DNA from: Actinomycetes bacterium
Lineage (GTDB): Bacteria > Actinomycetota > Acidimicrobiia > Acidimicrobiales > Aldehydirespiratoraceae
Direction: 5' to 3'
NCBI GenBank assembly: GCA_024276355.1
Contig: JAJRXJ010000388.1
Location: 1-58,465, forward strand
DNA length: 58,465 nt
A program made the position numbers and the translations under genes. The stretch's first letter is position 1. Every line of letters begins with the position of its first letter. A model generated the notes under the pieces. The model made no database searches and was not told the DNA's origin. It was given only the letters and a program-made list of their open reading frames with translations. Below are positions 1 to 8,794 of the stretch, in pieces.

Positions 1-458
1 GTCGCGTCCGGATCGGCGGCGGCCACGAGTTGCTCCGATCGGGCCTTGGCCCGGCCGTAGTCGTGGAGCGGACACACGGGATCGGACTCGACGTAGGGCC
101 TTGCCGAGGTGCCATCGAAGACGATGTCGGATGAGACATGGACGAACCGAACGCCCTCGAGGCGACAGGAAGCGGCCATCTCACCGGGGGCCTCGGCGGT
201 CACACGCTCGAGATCGGGGCCCGACGGCACGTAGGCCGCGTTGATGGCCGCCCGGGGCCGCAGCGAGCCGATGAGCCGGGCTGATTCGCCCGCCCGGGAC
301 AGTTCGACCGGAACCCACCGGGCAACGGCTGCTTCGGGGTCGGGTTCCTGCCGATGCGTTGTGGCCGCGACGGTGAGCCCGGCCCGGGAGGCGGTGTCGA
401 TGAGCGCAGAACCGAGCAGGCCCGTACCCCCGAAAATTAGGAGGTCGGGCCTTGGCAC
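1..458 (-). CDS. NAD(P)-dependent sugar epimerase/reductase, RmlD (dTDP-4-dehydrorhamnose reductase)-like SDR; N-terminal part only, gene runs off the left edge
   Basis: Manual minus-strand translation from GTG (458-456) gives MPRPDLLIFGGTGLLGSALIDTASRAGLTVAAT..., a Rossmann GxxGxxG N-terminus. It starts 6 nt after the fabI stop. It is absent from the ORF track because it is truncated. Confidence 0.55.
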   Translation of the reverse strand, partial: MPRPDLLIFGGTGLLGSALIDTASRAGLTVAATTHRQEPDPEAAVARWVPVELSRAGESARLIGSLRPRAAINAAYVPSGPDLERVTAEAPGEMAASCRLEGVRFVHVSSDIVFDGTSARPYVESDPVCPLHDYGRAKARSEQLVAAADPDA

Positions 459-464
459 TCCGGA

Positions 465-1232
465 TCAGGCCCCGGTGAAGTGGAAACCGCCGTCGACGTG
501 GATGATCTCGCCGGTGGTGGACGGGAACCAGTCAGACAGCATGGCCACCGTGGAGCGGGCGACCACCGACGAATCCTTCACATCCCAACCCAGCGGGGCG
601 CGGTCGGCCCAGGCGTCCTCGAATTTCTCGAACCCGGGAATCGACTTGGCGGCGACGGTCTTGATCGGCCCGGCTGCGATCAGGTTGCAGCGCACCTGTT
701 GCGAGCCCAGCTCACGGGCCAGGTACCTGTTGGTGGATTCGAGAGCGGCCTTGGCCACACCCATCCAGTTGTAGGCCGGCCAGGCGACGGTGGCGTCGAA
801 GTCGAGGCCCACGATCGAACCACCGTCGGTCATGAGCGGCGCGACCGCATCGGCAAGCAGCTTCAACGAGAACGCCGAGATCTCGACGGCGATCTTCACG
901 TCGTCCCAGGTGGCGCCCATCAGGTTGTCGCCCAGACAAGCCTCGGGAGCGAATCCGATGGCGTGGAGAGCGCCGTCGACCCGACCCCATTTCTCGGTGA
1001 GTCGCTCTCGCAACGAGTCGGCGTGGGACGGGTCGGACACGTCGAACTCGATCACCTCGGGTTCGGTGTTGAACTTGCGGGCCGTGCGCCGAGTGAGACG
1101 AATGCCGCGGCCGGCGCCGGTGAGCACCAGCTCGGCGCCTTCCTCCTCGGCGAGCTTGGCGATGCCGAATGCGAGCGATGCGTCGGTGAGCACCCCGGTG
1201 ATCACGATTCGTTTGCCGTCGAGCAGACCCAC
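465..1232 (-). CDS. fabI: enoyl-[acyl-carrier-protein] reductase (NADH), FabI/InhA type
   Basis: GLLDGKRIVITGVLTDASLAFGIAKLAEEEGAELVLTG closely resembles the InhA N-terminus, and the protein is SDR-like throughout. Start trimmed to GTG 1232-1230, which is preceded by GGAGGA. The track ORF extends to 1328. Confidence 0.9.
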   Translation of the reverse strand: MGLLDGKRIVITGVLTDASLAFGIAKLAEEEGAELVLTGAGRGIRLTRRTARKFNTEPEVIEFDVSDPSHADSLRERLTEKWGRVDGALHAIGFAPEACLGDNLMGATWDDVKIAVEISAFSLKLLADAVAPLMTDGGSIVGLDFDATVAWPAYNWMGVAKAALESTNRYLARELGSQQVRCNLIAAGPIKTVAAKSIPGFEKFEDAWADRAPLGWDVKDSSVVARSTVAMLSDWFPSTTGEIIHVDGGFHFTGA

Positions 1233-1352
1233 GTTTCCTCCATGTTCGGGGCCGCTTGGCGACCCGGGCCGGGCGAGGCCGGCATTGACCCCCCGACGAT
1301 ACGGCCTGAGAGTGCCCGCTGCCGTCATCTGGGTGGCATATCGTCGCGTTCC

Positions 1353-2498
1353 GTGGCCATCAGGTTGTACGACACCGCCGTCGGGCGGGTAACGGAGTTC
1401 TCACCGGGCACCGAAGTGTCGATGTACGTGTGCGGCATCACCCCCTACGACGCCACCCACCTGGGTCACGCCGCCACCTATGTCACCTACGACGTGCTGC
1501 ATCGTCGCCTTGTCGATCTCGGCCATCGTGTGAGGTATGTCAGAAACATCACCGATGTCGACGACAGCATCCTCGCGGCGGCCCGTAGTCGAGGTGTCCA
1601 CTATCTGGATCTGGCATTCGGCGAGAAGGCCCGATTCGACCACGACATGGAGTCGCTCAACACGCTGCCGCCGTGGTCAGAACCTCGGGCCACCGGGGCG
1701 ATCCCCGAGATTCGGGGTCTGATCGATGCCTCGATCAAGGCCGGACACGCCTACGTGTCCGGCGGGTCGGTCTACTTCGATTCGTCGTCGGTGGACAGTT
1801 TCGGGGATCTGTCCGGCGTCGGAACCGAGCGCATGCGCAAGCTTGCCGCCGAGTGGGGCGAGAATCCGTCGGACCCCGCCAAGCGGAACCCGCTCGACTT
1901 CGTGTTGTGGCGCCCGTCCGCCGACGGCGAGCCCAGATGGGAGTCGCGCTGGGGGGCGGGACGACCGGGCTGGCACGTCGAATGCAGCGCTCTGGCCATG
2001 CGGGAACTCGGGCCCACGATCGACCTTCACGGTGGCGGTGTCGATCTGCTGTATCCCCACCACGAATGCGTGCGTGCGCAATGCGAGGCGGTCACCGGGG
2101 TGCCGTTCGTGAGGCATTGGCTGCATCACGCGATGGTTCATCTCGACGGCCGGAAGATGTCGAAGTCGCTGGGCAACCTAGTGTTCGTCCACGAGCTGAG
2201 TGAGCGGGTTGAGCCCGCCGTGATCAGGCTCGCCCTGTCCGTTCATCACTACCGTCGGCCGTGGCAGTGGGACAACCGTCTCCTGGTCGATGCCGAGGAG
2301 CGGCTCTCGCGTTGGCGGGTCGCGGCCTCGTCACCGCGCATCGCCTCCGGCACTTCCCCGGATGCGCTTCTCCAGGGCGTGCGGATGTGTGTCGACGACG
2401 ATCTGGATGTGCCCGGCGCAGTGGCGCTGATCGATGATGCCGCGTCGGAATCGGTCGATGTGACCGCCTCGGCGGCACTGATCGGTGTCAGGTTGTGA
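1353..2498 (+). CDS. mshC: cysteine:1D-myo-inosityl 2-amino-2-deoxy-alpha-D-glucopyranoside ligase (mycothiol ligase MshC; CysRS paralog)
   Basis: MYVCGITPYDATHLGHAATYVTYD (HIGH region), GRPGWHVECSA and KMSKS are present. Only about 110 aa follow KMSKS, so there is no CysRS anticodon domain. The N-terminus is very like M. tuberculosis MshC as I recall it. The first 290 codons of track ORF 480..2498 are antisense to fabI and were trimmed. Confidence 0.82.
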   Translation: MAIRLYDTAVGRVTEFSPGTEVSMYVCGITPYDATHLGHAATYVTYDVLHRRLVDLGHRVRYVRNITDVDDSILAAARSRGVHYLDLAFGEKARFDHDMESLNTLPPWSEPRATGAIPEIRGLIDASIKAGHAYVSGGSVYFDSSSVDSFGDLSGVGTERMRKLAAEWGENPSDPAKRNPLDFVLWRPSADGEPRWESRWGAGRPGWHVECSALAMRELGPTIDLHGGGVDLLYPHHECVRAQCEAVTGVPFVRHWLHHAMVHLDGRKMSKSLGNLVFVHELSERVEPAVIRLALSVHHYRRPWQWDNRLLVDAEERLSRWRVAASSPRIASGTSPDALLQGVRMCVDDDLDVPGAVALIDDAASESVDVTASAALIGVRL

Positions 2499-2591
2499 AG
2501 AGTTTTCCCGGTTGTAACGCAATGTTGACCTTCACGGTCTGTGGAGCGACGATTGTTGCGCCATGATGTAGCTCACCTCCAGGGAGACGAA

Positions 2592-3350
2592 GTGGCGACC
2601 GACGATCGAAAACTGCAAGAAGTGGCAGTATCGGTGATGAGACCCGTGTTCAAGGCGCTCTGGCGGATCAAGGTCGTGGGGCTCGACAACATCCCCTCCG
2701 AGGGGCCGGCGATCCTGACCCCCAACCACACTTCGGTGATCGACTCGTTCTTCCTCCCGGCGGTGTTGCCCCGCTGTGTCACCTTCGTCGGCAAGGCCGA
2801 GTATCTCGACGACTGGAAGACCCGCAAGTTGTTCCCGGCACTGGGCATGATCCCGATCGATCGCAGCGGAGGTGATTCGGCCCAACGGGCCCTCGACGCG
2901 GCGGCCGACCTGCTCGAGAGGGGTGAGCTGTTCGGCATCTATCCCGAGGGCACCCGTTCTCGCACCGGGTTCCTCCACAAGGGCCACACCGGCGCGGCCC
3001 GGTTGTCGGTGCGCACCGGAGCGCCGATAGTGCCGGTCGGTATTCTCGGCACCAGACGGATTCAGCCGCCCGACGCCAAATTCCCGCGGCCGTTCATGCC
3101 CGCGGAGATCAGGTTCGGCAAACCCATACATCCGACCGAGTCGGAGCGGATCTCGGACTCACGGCTGCGGTTCCGCCAGATGACCGATGAGCTGATGTTC
3201 GAGATCCGGGCCCTCACCGGTCAGGACTACGTGAACACCTACGCCACCAAGGGCCGACAACCGGCGACCACCACGCTTCAGACCAGTGTCGATCCCGAGA
3301 TGCCGGCCCGCAGGTCGTCGGCCGATGTGCTCAGGCCCAGGGCGATCTGA
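2592..3350 (+). CDS. plsC: 1-acyl-sn-glycerol-3-phosphate acyltransferase (PlsC family)
   Basis: Acyltransferase motifs NHTSVID and YPEGTRS are present, with GAPIVPV further on. GTG 2592 is preceded by AGGGAG. Track ORF start 2541 is an alternative. Confidence 0.85.
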   Translation: MATDDRKLQEVAVSVMRPVFKALWRIKVVGLDNIPSEGPAILTPNHTSVIDSFFLPAVLPRCVTFVGKAEYLDDWKTRKLFPALGMIPIDRSGGDSAQRALDAAADLLERGELFGIYPEGTRSRTGFLHKGHTGAARLSVRTGAPIVPVGILGTRRIQPPDAKFPRPFMPAEIRFGKPIHPTESERISDSRLRFRQMTDELMFEIRALTGQDYVNTYATKGRQPATTTLQTSVDPEMPARRSSADVLRPRAI

Positions 3351-3405
3351 CCGGGGTCGACAACTCCCTGCCACCAGCGCAGGTCGACGCTAGCCTCGCA
3401 CCCGT

Positions 3406-5391
3406 ATGTCAGATCTCATTTCGGTAACTCTGCCCGATGGCTCCAAACGCGAACTCGAGGCCGGCTCCACCGGTGCCGACCTGGCGGCGTCGATCGGCTC
3501 AAGGTTGGCCGCGGCGGCGGTCATCACCGTGGTCGACGGCGAGGAGCACGACCTCGGGGATGTGCTCCCCGACGGCGCCTCGGTGGAGATCGTCACCGCC
3601 GAGACCCCTCGCGGTCTCCACACCATCCGCCACTCCACGGCCCATGTTCTCGCCCAGGCTCTTCTCGAGGAGTTCCCGGGCACGCAGTTGGCCATAGGCC
3701 CGCCGATCGACAACGGGTTCTACTACGACGTGGAGCTTCCCGACGGCGCCACCATCAGCGACGACGATCTCGAGCGACTCGAGGAGCGCATGCGCGAGAT
3801 CGTGGCCGCGGACCAACCGTTCGTGCGCCATGAGCTGCCGGTCGAGGAGGCCCTGGAGTTCTTCGCCGACTGTCCGTTCAAGGTGGAGATCATCGAGCGT
3901 GTCAGCAGCGGCGAGGCCGATGCCGAGGTCGCCGGCGAGGTCGCCGCGGCCGACACCATCAGCTACTACTCCAACTGCGACACGTTCCGAGCTGAGACTT
4001 TCCGAGACATGTGCACGGGCCCCCACGTGCCGTCCACCGGTCGGCTCGGACACTTCAAGCTCCAGTCGGTGGCCGGCGCCTACTGGCGTGGTGATGTGAG
4101 CCGCCCGATGCTGCAACGCATCTACGGCACCGCGTGGGCGTCGAAGAAGGACCTCAAGACCCACCTCCAACACCTGGCCGAGGCCGAGAAACGCGACCAC
4201 CGGCGTCTGGCCAAGGAACTGGATCTGGTGTCGTGGCCCGAGGAGCTCGGACCGGGTCTGGCGGTGTGGCATCCCAAGGGTGCGCTCGTGCGCAAGATCA
4301 TGGAGGACTACTCGCGTGACCGCCACGAGCACGGTGGCTACGAGTTCGTGTTCTCACCACACATAGCCAAGTCGGTGTTGTGGGAGACCTCGGGTCATCT
4401 CGATTTCTACGCCGACAGCATGTACCCGGCCATGGAGATGGACGGCGCCAGCTACTACCCGAAGCCCATGAACTGTCCGTTCCACGTGATGATCTACAAG
4501 TCGAGCCAGCGCAGCTACCGGGAGCTCCCGCTCAGGCTGTTTGAGCTCGGTGCGGTGTATCGCTACGAGCTTTCCGGCGCGGTCCACGGTCTGCTGCGCA
4601 GCCGCGGGTTCACCCAGGACGACAGCCACATTTTCTGCACCCGCGAAGACATCTCCGGTGAGCTTTCGTCTCTGCTGGCGTTTGTGCTCGACGTGTTGAG
4701 GGCATTCGGTTTCGAGGATTTCCAGGCCAAGCTTTCAACCCGTCCGCCCGAGAAGTCGGTGGGGGAGGATGAGCTGTGGGATCAGGCCACAGATGGCCTG
4801 CGTGAGGCGCTCGATTCCGCCGGTCTTGATTACGTGGTCGACGAGGGCGGTGGCGCGTTCTACGGGCCGAAGATCGATGTCGACGTACGCGACGCGATCG
4901 GCCGTGCCTGGCAGCTCTCCACCATCCAGCTCGATTTCAACCTCCCGGAGCGGTTCGATCTCGAATACGTGTCCGACGACGGCTCCCGCAAACGACCGGT
5001 GATGATCCATCGGGCCCTGTTCGGGTCGGTGGAGCGATTCTTCGGCGTGCTGTTGGAGCACTACGCGGGGGCGTTCCCGGCGTGGCTGGCCCCCGAGCAG
5101 GTGAGGGTCCTGCCGGTGGCCGAGGTCCATCACGACTACGCCGACGGTGTGGCGGATCGCCTTCGGGCCGCCGGTCTTCGGGTGAGCGTGGCCGCGGCCA
5201 CCGAACCGCTCGGCAAGCGGGTGCGAAACGGCAAGGTCCAGAAGCTGCCCTACGTGCTGGTCGTCGGCGACGACGACCAGGCCAACGACACCGTCGGGGT
5301 CAACAAGCGTGGTGAGGGCAAACCGCAGCGCGACGTGGGCGTGTCGGAGTTCATTGACCGTGTGGCCGCCGAGGTGGCGGCCCGGGCCTGA
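3406..5391 (+). CDS. thrS: threonine--tRNA ligase
   Basis: 661 aa with an N-terminal TGS domain (ISVTLPDGSKRELEAGSTGADLAASIG), class II core motifs and a C-terminal anticodon domain. Confidence 0.97.
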   Translation: MSDLISVTLPDGSKRELEAGSTGADLAASIGSRLAAAAVITVVDGEEHDLGDVLPDGASVEIVTAETPRGLHTIRHSTAHVLAQALLEEFPGTQLAIGPPIDNGFYYDVELPDGATISDDDLERLEERMREIVAADQPFVRHELPVEEALEFFADCPFKVEIIERVSSGEADAEVAGEVAAADTISYYSNCDTFRAETFRDMCTGPHVPSTGRLGHFKLQSVAGAYWRGDVSRPMLQRIYGTAWASKKDLKTHLQHLAEAEKRDHRRLAKELDLVSWPEELGPGLAVWHPKGALVRKIMEDYSRDRHEHGGYEFVFSPHIAKSVLWETSGHLDFYADSMYPAMEMDGASYYPKPMNCPFHVMIYKSSQRSYRELPLRLFELGAVYRYELSGAVHGLLRSRGFTQDDSHIFCTREDISGELSSLLAFVLDVLRAFGFEDFQAKLSTRPPEKSVGEDELWDQATDGLREALDSAGLDYVVDEGGGAFYGPKIDVDVRDAIGRAWQLSTIQLDFNLPERFDLEYVSDDGSRKRPVMIHRALFGSVERFFGVLLEHYAGAFPAWLAPEQVRVLPVAEVHHDYADGVADRLRAAGLRVSVAAATEPLGKRVRNGKVQKLPYVLVVGDDDQANDTVGVNKRGEGKPQRDVGVSEFIDRVAAEVAARA

Positions 5392-5406
5392 GCGGGTTTC
5401 GCAACC

Positions 5407-5910
5407 ATGGTCGAGCATCTGTGGGCAGGATGGCGGATGCCCTATATCCGTGATGCCGACGCCGGCTCGCCGTCGTCGGAGGGGTCCACGCTGTTCGAAT
5501 CGATCCTGAATTCGGGCCGGCCCGATCAGGAGACCTACATCGTGTGGCGCGGCGCCACCTGCTTCGCCATTCTCAATGCCTACCCCTACACCTCGGGGCA
5601 TCTCATGGTGTTGCCGAAGCGTGGTGTTCCGGCCCTTGAGGACCTCACCGCCGACGAATACGCCGAGCTGTGGGAGTCGGTGCGCAGCGGCGTGGCCGCG
5701 GTGAAGTCGGCGTATCAGCCCGACGGTGTCAACGTGGGCCTCAACCTGGGCCGTGGCGCCGGGGCCGGGGTGCCCGACCATCTCCACGTCCACATCGTGC
5801 CGAGATGGGCCGGCGACACGAACTTCATGACCGCCGTCGCCGATGCCCGGGTGCTGCCCGAGGCCCTCGTGGATTCATGGCAGCGGCTGCGGGAGGCATG
5901 GCCGGGGTAG
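5407..5910 (+). CDS. HIT family protein (Ap4A phosphorylase / GalT-like HIT)
   Basis: Histidine triad HLHVHIVPRW is present. The position directly after thrS matches Rv2613c in mycobacteria. Confidence 0.9.
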   Translation: MVEHLWAGWRMPYIRDADAGSPSSEGSTLFESILNSGRPDQETYIVWRGATCFAILNAYPYTSGHLMVLPKRGVPALEDLTADEYAELWESVRSGVAAVKSAYQPDGVNVGLNLGRGAGAGVPDHLHVHIVPRWAGDTNFMTAVADARVLPEALVDSWQRLREAWPG

Positions 5911-5962
5911 GCGTCTGCGGTGTTGCCCACGCCCATCGCGGTGTCACACCCCATGTCTATAG

Positions 5963-5978
5963 TCGAACGTATGTTCGT
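5963..5978. promoter_or_regulatory. LexA/SOS-box-like palindrome TCGAAC-GTAT-GTTCGT overlapping the HNH gene start
   Basis: 11 of 12 arm positions match the actinobacterial SOS box TCGAAC-N4-GTTCGA. TATAGT (5958-5963) abuts it, and ATG 5971 lies inside it. Confidence 0.45.
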
Positions 5979-7371
5979 AGAGGTTGCTGGGGGTGAGACA
6001 CGTCAGGTTGACGCCGGGAGAGAAGCGGCGTCGGACGGTCCGGTGTTGGGCGATGCGTTGGATGGGTTGGCCGGGGAGATCGATGGCGTCTTGGGGTCGA
6101 TTTCGCCGGTGGGGTTGACCGCTGATGGTGCCGCGGCGGCGATTGCGGGGTTGGAGCGCCAGGTCCGTCGTTTGCAGGCGACTCAGGTCAAGCTGTTCGC
6201 GGCGGTGGAGACCTCGCGGGCGTACTGCGCCGATGGTCATTTCTCGGCACGGGTCATGGTGCGCCATCACGGGCAGCTTTCTGGTCCGGAGGCGTCGCAG
6301 CGTCAGAGGGTGTCGGCGATGCTCGCGATACTTCGCGGTGTCGCCTCGTTGTATGCCGCCGGTGGGGTTGGCACTGATCAGGTCCGCAGGTTGGCGAGGG
6401 TGTGGTCCAACCCTCGGGTGCGTGGCTTCATGGAGCTTTGTGAAGCTGAACTCATAATGGCGGCCACCAAGATGGAATTTCTCGACTTCGACAGGTTCTG
6501 CCAACAGTGGGAACAAGCCGTTGATGTCGATGGCGGCCACGACCCGGCCGAACGTCGTTGGCGGCGTCGTGATGTGAAAGCCAGCCAGGATTTCAACGGC
6601 ACCTGGGGCCTCAATGGTCGTTTGATGTCGCTCGACGGTGCCGAGTTCGATGAGATCCTGTCGGGCCTGGTTTCCACGTTGCGCGAAGCCGACATGGAAG
6701 CCGCCAAGGCCGAATACGGCGACGACTGGCGTCAACACATGCCGCGCACCACCCCGCAGTTGCGTTACGACGCGTTCATGATCCTGGTACGCCGTGGCGC
6801 GGTTGCTCCCGATTCGCGATCGGCGGAAGTGATCGTCAACGTGGTCATCGATCAGGACACTTTCGAGCGGCAACTCGGCGAGCTCGTCGGAGCGGAACCG
6901 GCGCCGGTGATCCCCCGAGAGATCGCCGAAGCGCTCATCGCCGGCACCAGATTCAGCCGCACCATCAATGGCGTGTTCGTCAACCCCGCCGAGGTGGCCG
7001 CCCGGGCTCTCACCGACCGGATCCGCCGTGTCGTTGTTGAAAGCCCCAGTGTGGTGATCGACGTCGGCCGTACCCAACGCCTGTTCACAGGATCGCCAAG
7101 ACTCGCAGCCATCATGCAAGCAACCCGCTGCTACTGGCACGGATGCACCCGGCCGGCCACCCAATGCCAAGTCGATCATCTCACTCCATTCCGGAACGGT
7201 GGCCAGACCAGCACCGCCAATGGTCGGTCCGCCTGCAACGGCCACAACCTCACCAAAGAACACGGCTACCAGGTCAGCCGCGGCCCCGATGGAACAATCA
7301 CCATCATCCGCCCCGACGGCGCCACCGTCCCCACCCACACCACCCACTGGCAACAACCCCGCGACGGATAG
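5971..7371 (+). CDS. DUF222 domain / HNH endonuclease (REP13E12-like family)
   Basis: C-terminal HNH region CYWHGCTRPATQCQVDHLTPFRNGGQTSTANGRSACNGHNLTKEH follows a long DUF222-like N-terminal region. Start chosen at ATG 5971 (MFVEV...); track ORF start 5920 and ATG 5953 are alternatives. Confidence 0.85.
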   Translation: MFVEVAGGETRQVDAGREAASDGPVLGDALDGLAGEIDGVLGSISPVGLTADGAAAAIAGLERQVRRLQATQVKLFAAVETSRAYCADGHFSARVMVRHHGQLSGPEASQRQRVSAMLAILRGVASLYAAGGVGTDQVRRLARVWSNPRVRGFMELCEAELIMAATKMEFLDFDRFCQQWEQAVDVDGGHDPAERRWRRRDVKASQDFNGTWGLNGRLMSLDGAEFDEILSGLVSTLREADMEAAKAEYGDDWRQHMPRTTPQLRYDAFMILVRRGAVAPDSRSAEVIVNVVIDQDTFERQLGELVGAEPAPVIPREIAEALIAGTRFSRTINGVFVNPAEVAARALTDRIRRVVVESPSVVIDVGRTQRLFTGSPRLAAIMQATRCYWHGCTRPATQCQVDHLTPFRNGGQTSTANGRSACNGHNLTKEHGYQVSRGPDGTITIIRPDGATVPTHTTHWQQPRDG

Positions 7372-7446
7372 CCCACCCAACAGAATGGGTTGGCCGGGAG
7401 CCACCGATCTAACGTGCTGCCCCGACCACATTGGAGGAGACAACCG

Positions 7447-7860
7447 ATGGACGAGGAGCTGCGCACCAGGCGAGAAGCCGTGCTGATCCAGCACATGGAG
7501 GGTGAGAACGAACATCGCTGGCACGACGTGATGGCCACCTTCGCCCCCGGCCGCGCCCGCTACGAACTGATCGCCACCGGTGAGGTGTTCGAGGGCGAGG
7601 AAGCGGTCTACGAATACTGGCGCAGCGGTCGTGAGCAGATTCCCGATCAGCGAAACGAGCTGATCTCGATGCACCATTCCGACGATGCGGTCATAACCGA
7701 GTTCTGGCTGCGCGGAACCCACAGCGGCGGACCGAGGCCTACCGGCGGGTCGTTCGAAGCCCGTCTGGCCGCAGTGTTCGAATTCGAAGGCGATCGCATC
7801 GTGTGCGAGCGTGTCTATTGGGACAGGCAGACGATCACCAAACAGCTACGAGGGAAATGA
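7447..7860 (+). CDS. NTF2-fold / SnoaL-like (ester cyclase-like) protein
   Basis: 137 aa. The pattern EYWRSGREQIPDQ...ITEFWLRGTHSG...FEFEGDRIVCERVYWD is typical of SnoaL/NTF2-like proteins. ATG 7447 is preceded by GGAGGAG. Confidence 0.65.
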   Translation: MDEELRTRREAVLIQHMEGENEHRWHDVMATFAPGRARYELIATGEVFEGEEAVYEYWRSGREQIPDQRNELISMHHSDDAVITEFWLRGTHSGGPRPTGGSFEARLAAVFEFEGDRIVCERVYWDRQTITKQLRGK

Positions 7861-8750
7861 TTGCCATGGGCGCCGCAGCACAAGACGGCGGCACCGACTG
7901 GGTCGACATCAGCCGCCGGGCGGCGTTCGGCTCGCACCGGCTCGTCGGCTGGATCTTCTGGGAACCACGAGCCATCGCCGCCTACGAGGCCGCCGGGATA
8001 CCGGGTGGGGGAGCGGGCTATTACCTGGCCAGCCGGGGCGCTCCCCTGGCCGCCGCCGGGAATCAGGCGGTCACAGCGGCCTTCTACTCGATCACCGCTG
8101 CCGGTATTTCTCTGATGCTCGATCTGGCCCGCGAGCACGCCACGTTCGAGCAGATCACCAACATCCGCAACGACGCCGTCGGAGAGGGCCTGCGCGACTA
8201 CGTGCCCCGGATCTGTGATGGCCTGGCCGCCCTCGCGGAACCGCTCTGGGAGGTGGCCGACGCCCTGAGCCCGTCGGGCAAGGTGCTGTTCGCTGCCCAC
8301 CGCGAATGGCCGCGCCCCGATGATCCGCTCGTATCGGCATGGCTCGCTGTGAACTGCATCCGTGAATGGCGCGGCGACATCCACTGGGCGATCCAGATTG
8401 CCGAAGGCATATCCGGCACCGCCGCGGGTTGTCTCGACGGGGCTTGGCGCAACTACGACGACCCCGACTGGCTTCCCCGCAGCCGCGGTGCCGACGACTC
8501 CGACCTCGAGGCGGCGATGGATGAACTTGACGGCCTCGGTTTCGTCACCGACGGGAGGGTCAACGAGGCCGGGGTGGCGTATCGCCAGAGTCTCGAAGAC
8601 CGTCTCGACACGCTCACCATCGAGTCGTGGCGACGACTCGGCGTCAACCGCACCGCGGAGCTTCAGTCGCTCATGGACGAGGCCGGCCCGACTCTGATGG
8701 CCAGGATCGACGAAACCGCCGGCCCGAACTGGATGCCGGCCGGGCGATGA
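7857..8750 (+). CDS. SCO6745-family-like conserved actinobacterial protein (function unknown)
   Basis: The start overlaps the upstream stop (ATGA, 7857-7860). YYLASRGAPLAAAG...AAFYS...LFAAHREWPRPDDPLVSAWLAVNCIREWRGDIHWA resembles the SCO6745 family as I recall it. Confidence 0.55.
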   Translation: MIAMGAAAQDGGTDWVDISRRAAFGSHRLVGWIFWEPRAIAAYEAAGIPGGGAGYYLASRGAPLAAAGNQAVTAAFYSITAAGISLMLDLAREHATFEQITNIRNDAVGEGLRDYVPRICDGLAALAEPLWEVADALSPSGKVLFAAHREWPRPDDPLVSAWLAVNCIREWRGDIHWAIQIAEGISGTAAGCLDGAWRNYDDPDWLPRSRGADDSDLEAAMDELDGLGFVTDGRVNEAGVAYRQSLEDRLDTLTIESWRRLGVNRTAELQSLMDEAGPTLMARIDETAGPNWMPAGR

Positions 8751-8763
8751 GCCTCTCGCCGCA

Positions 8764-8793
8764 ATAACAGGTTGGAAGCTTTCAACCCGTTAT
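8764..8793. promoter_or_regulatory. 30-bp imperfect palindrome (13/15 arm matches) centred on AAGCTT, immediately upstream of the CGNR gene; candidate operator
   Basis: The sequence is ATAACAGGTTGGAAGC|TTTCAACCCGTTAT. The arms are AT-rich relative to the surroundings, and the right arm overlaps TATCGT (8791-8796). Confidence 0.5.
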
Positions 8794-8794
8794 C

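Noticed and set aside
480-2498. 672-aa plus-strand ORF apparently fusing a long N-terminal region to the MshC-like domain
   Set aside because: The first ~290 codons are the antisense shadow of fabI (465-1232) and have Gly/Arg/Val-rich, domain-free composition. Homology to MshC/CysRS begins at IRLYDT, so the start was trimmed to GTG 1353.
2499-2591. Lower-GC gap with TTGACC (2525-2530) as a possible -35 for the plsC promoter
   Set aside because: No acceptable TANNNT -10 lies at 16-19 nt spacing (GACGAT, ACGATT, CGATTG). This is not enough support to call a promoter.
3351-3405. T-box or other riboswitch leaders upstream of the aminoacyl-tRNA synthetase genes (thrS, hisS, aspS, alaS)
   Set aside because: The leaders are only 0-55 nt, far too short for a T-box of about 200 nt or more. 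The geometry instead suggests leaderless or near-leaderless transcripts.
5944-7722. 592-aa minus-strand ORF, the longest unexplained ORF in the accessory region
   Set aside because: It is exactly antisense to the DUF222/HNH gene and the start of the NTF2 gene. It has low-complexity R/G/A/H-rich composition and no recognisable motifs. Long antisense ORFs are expected in high-GC DNA because sense codons whose complements are stops (TTA, CTA, TCA) are rare.
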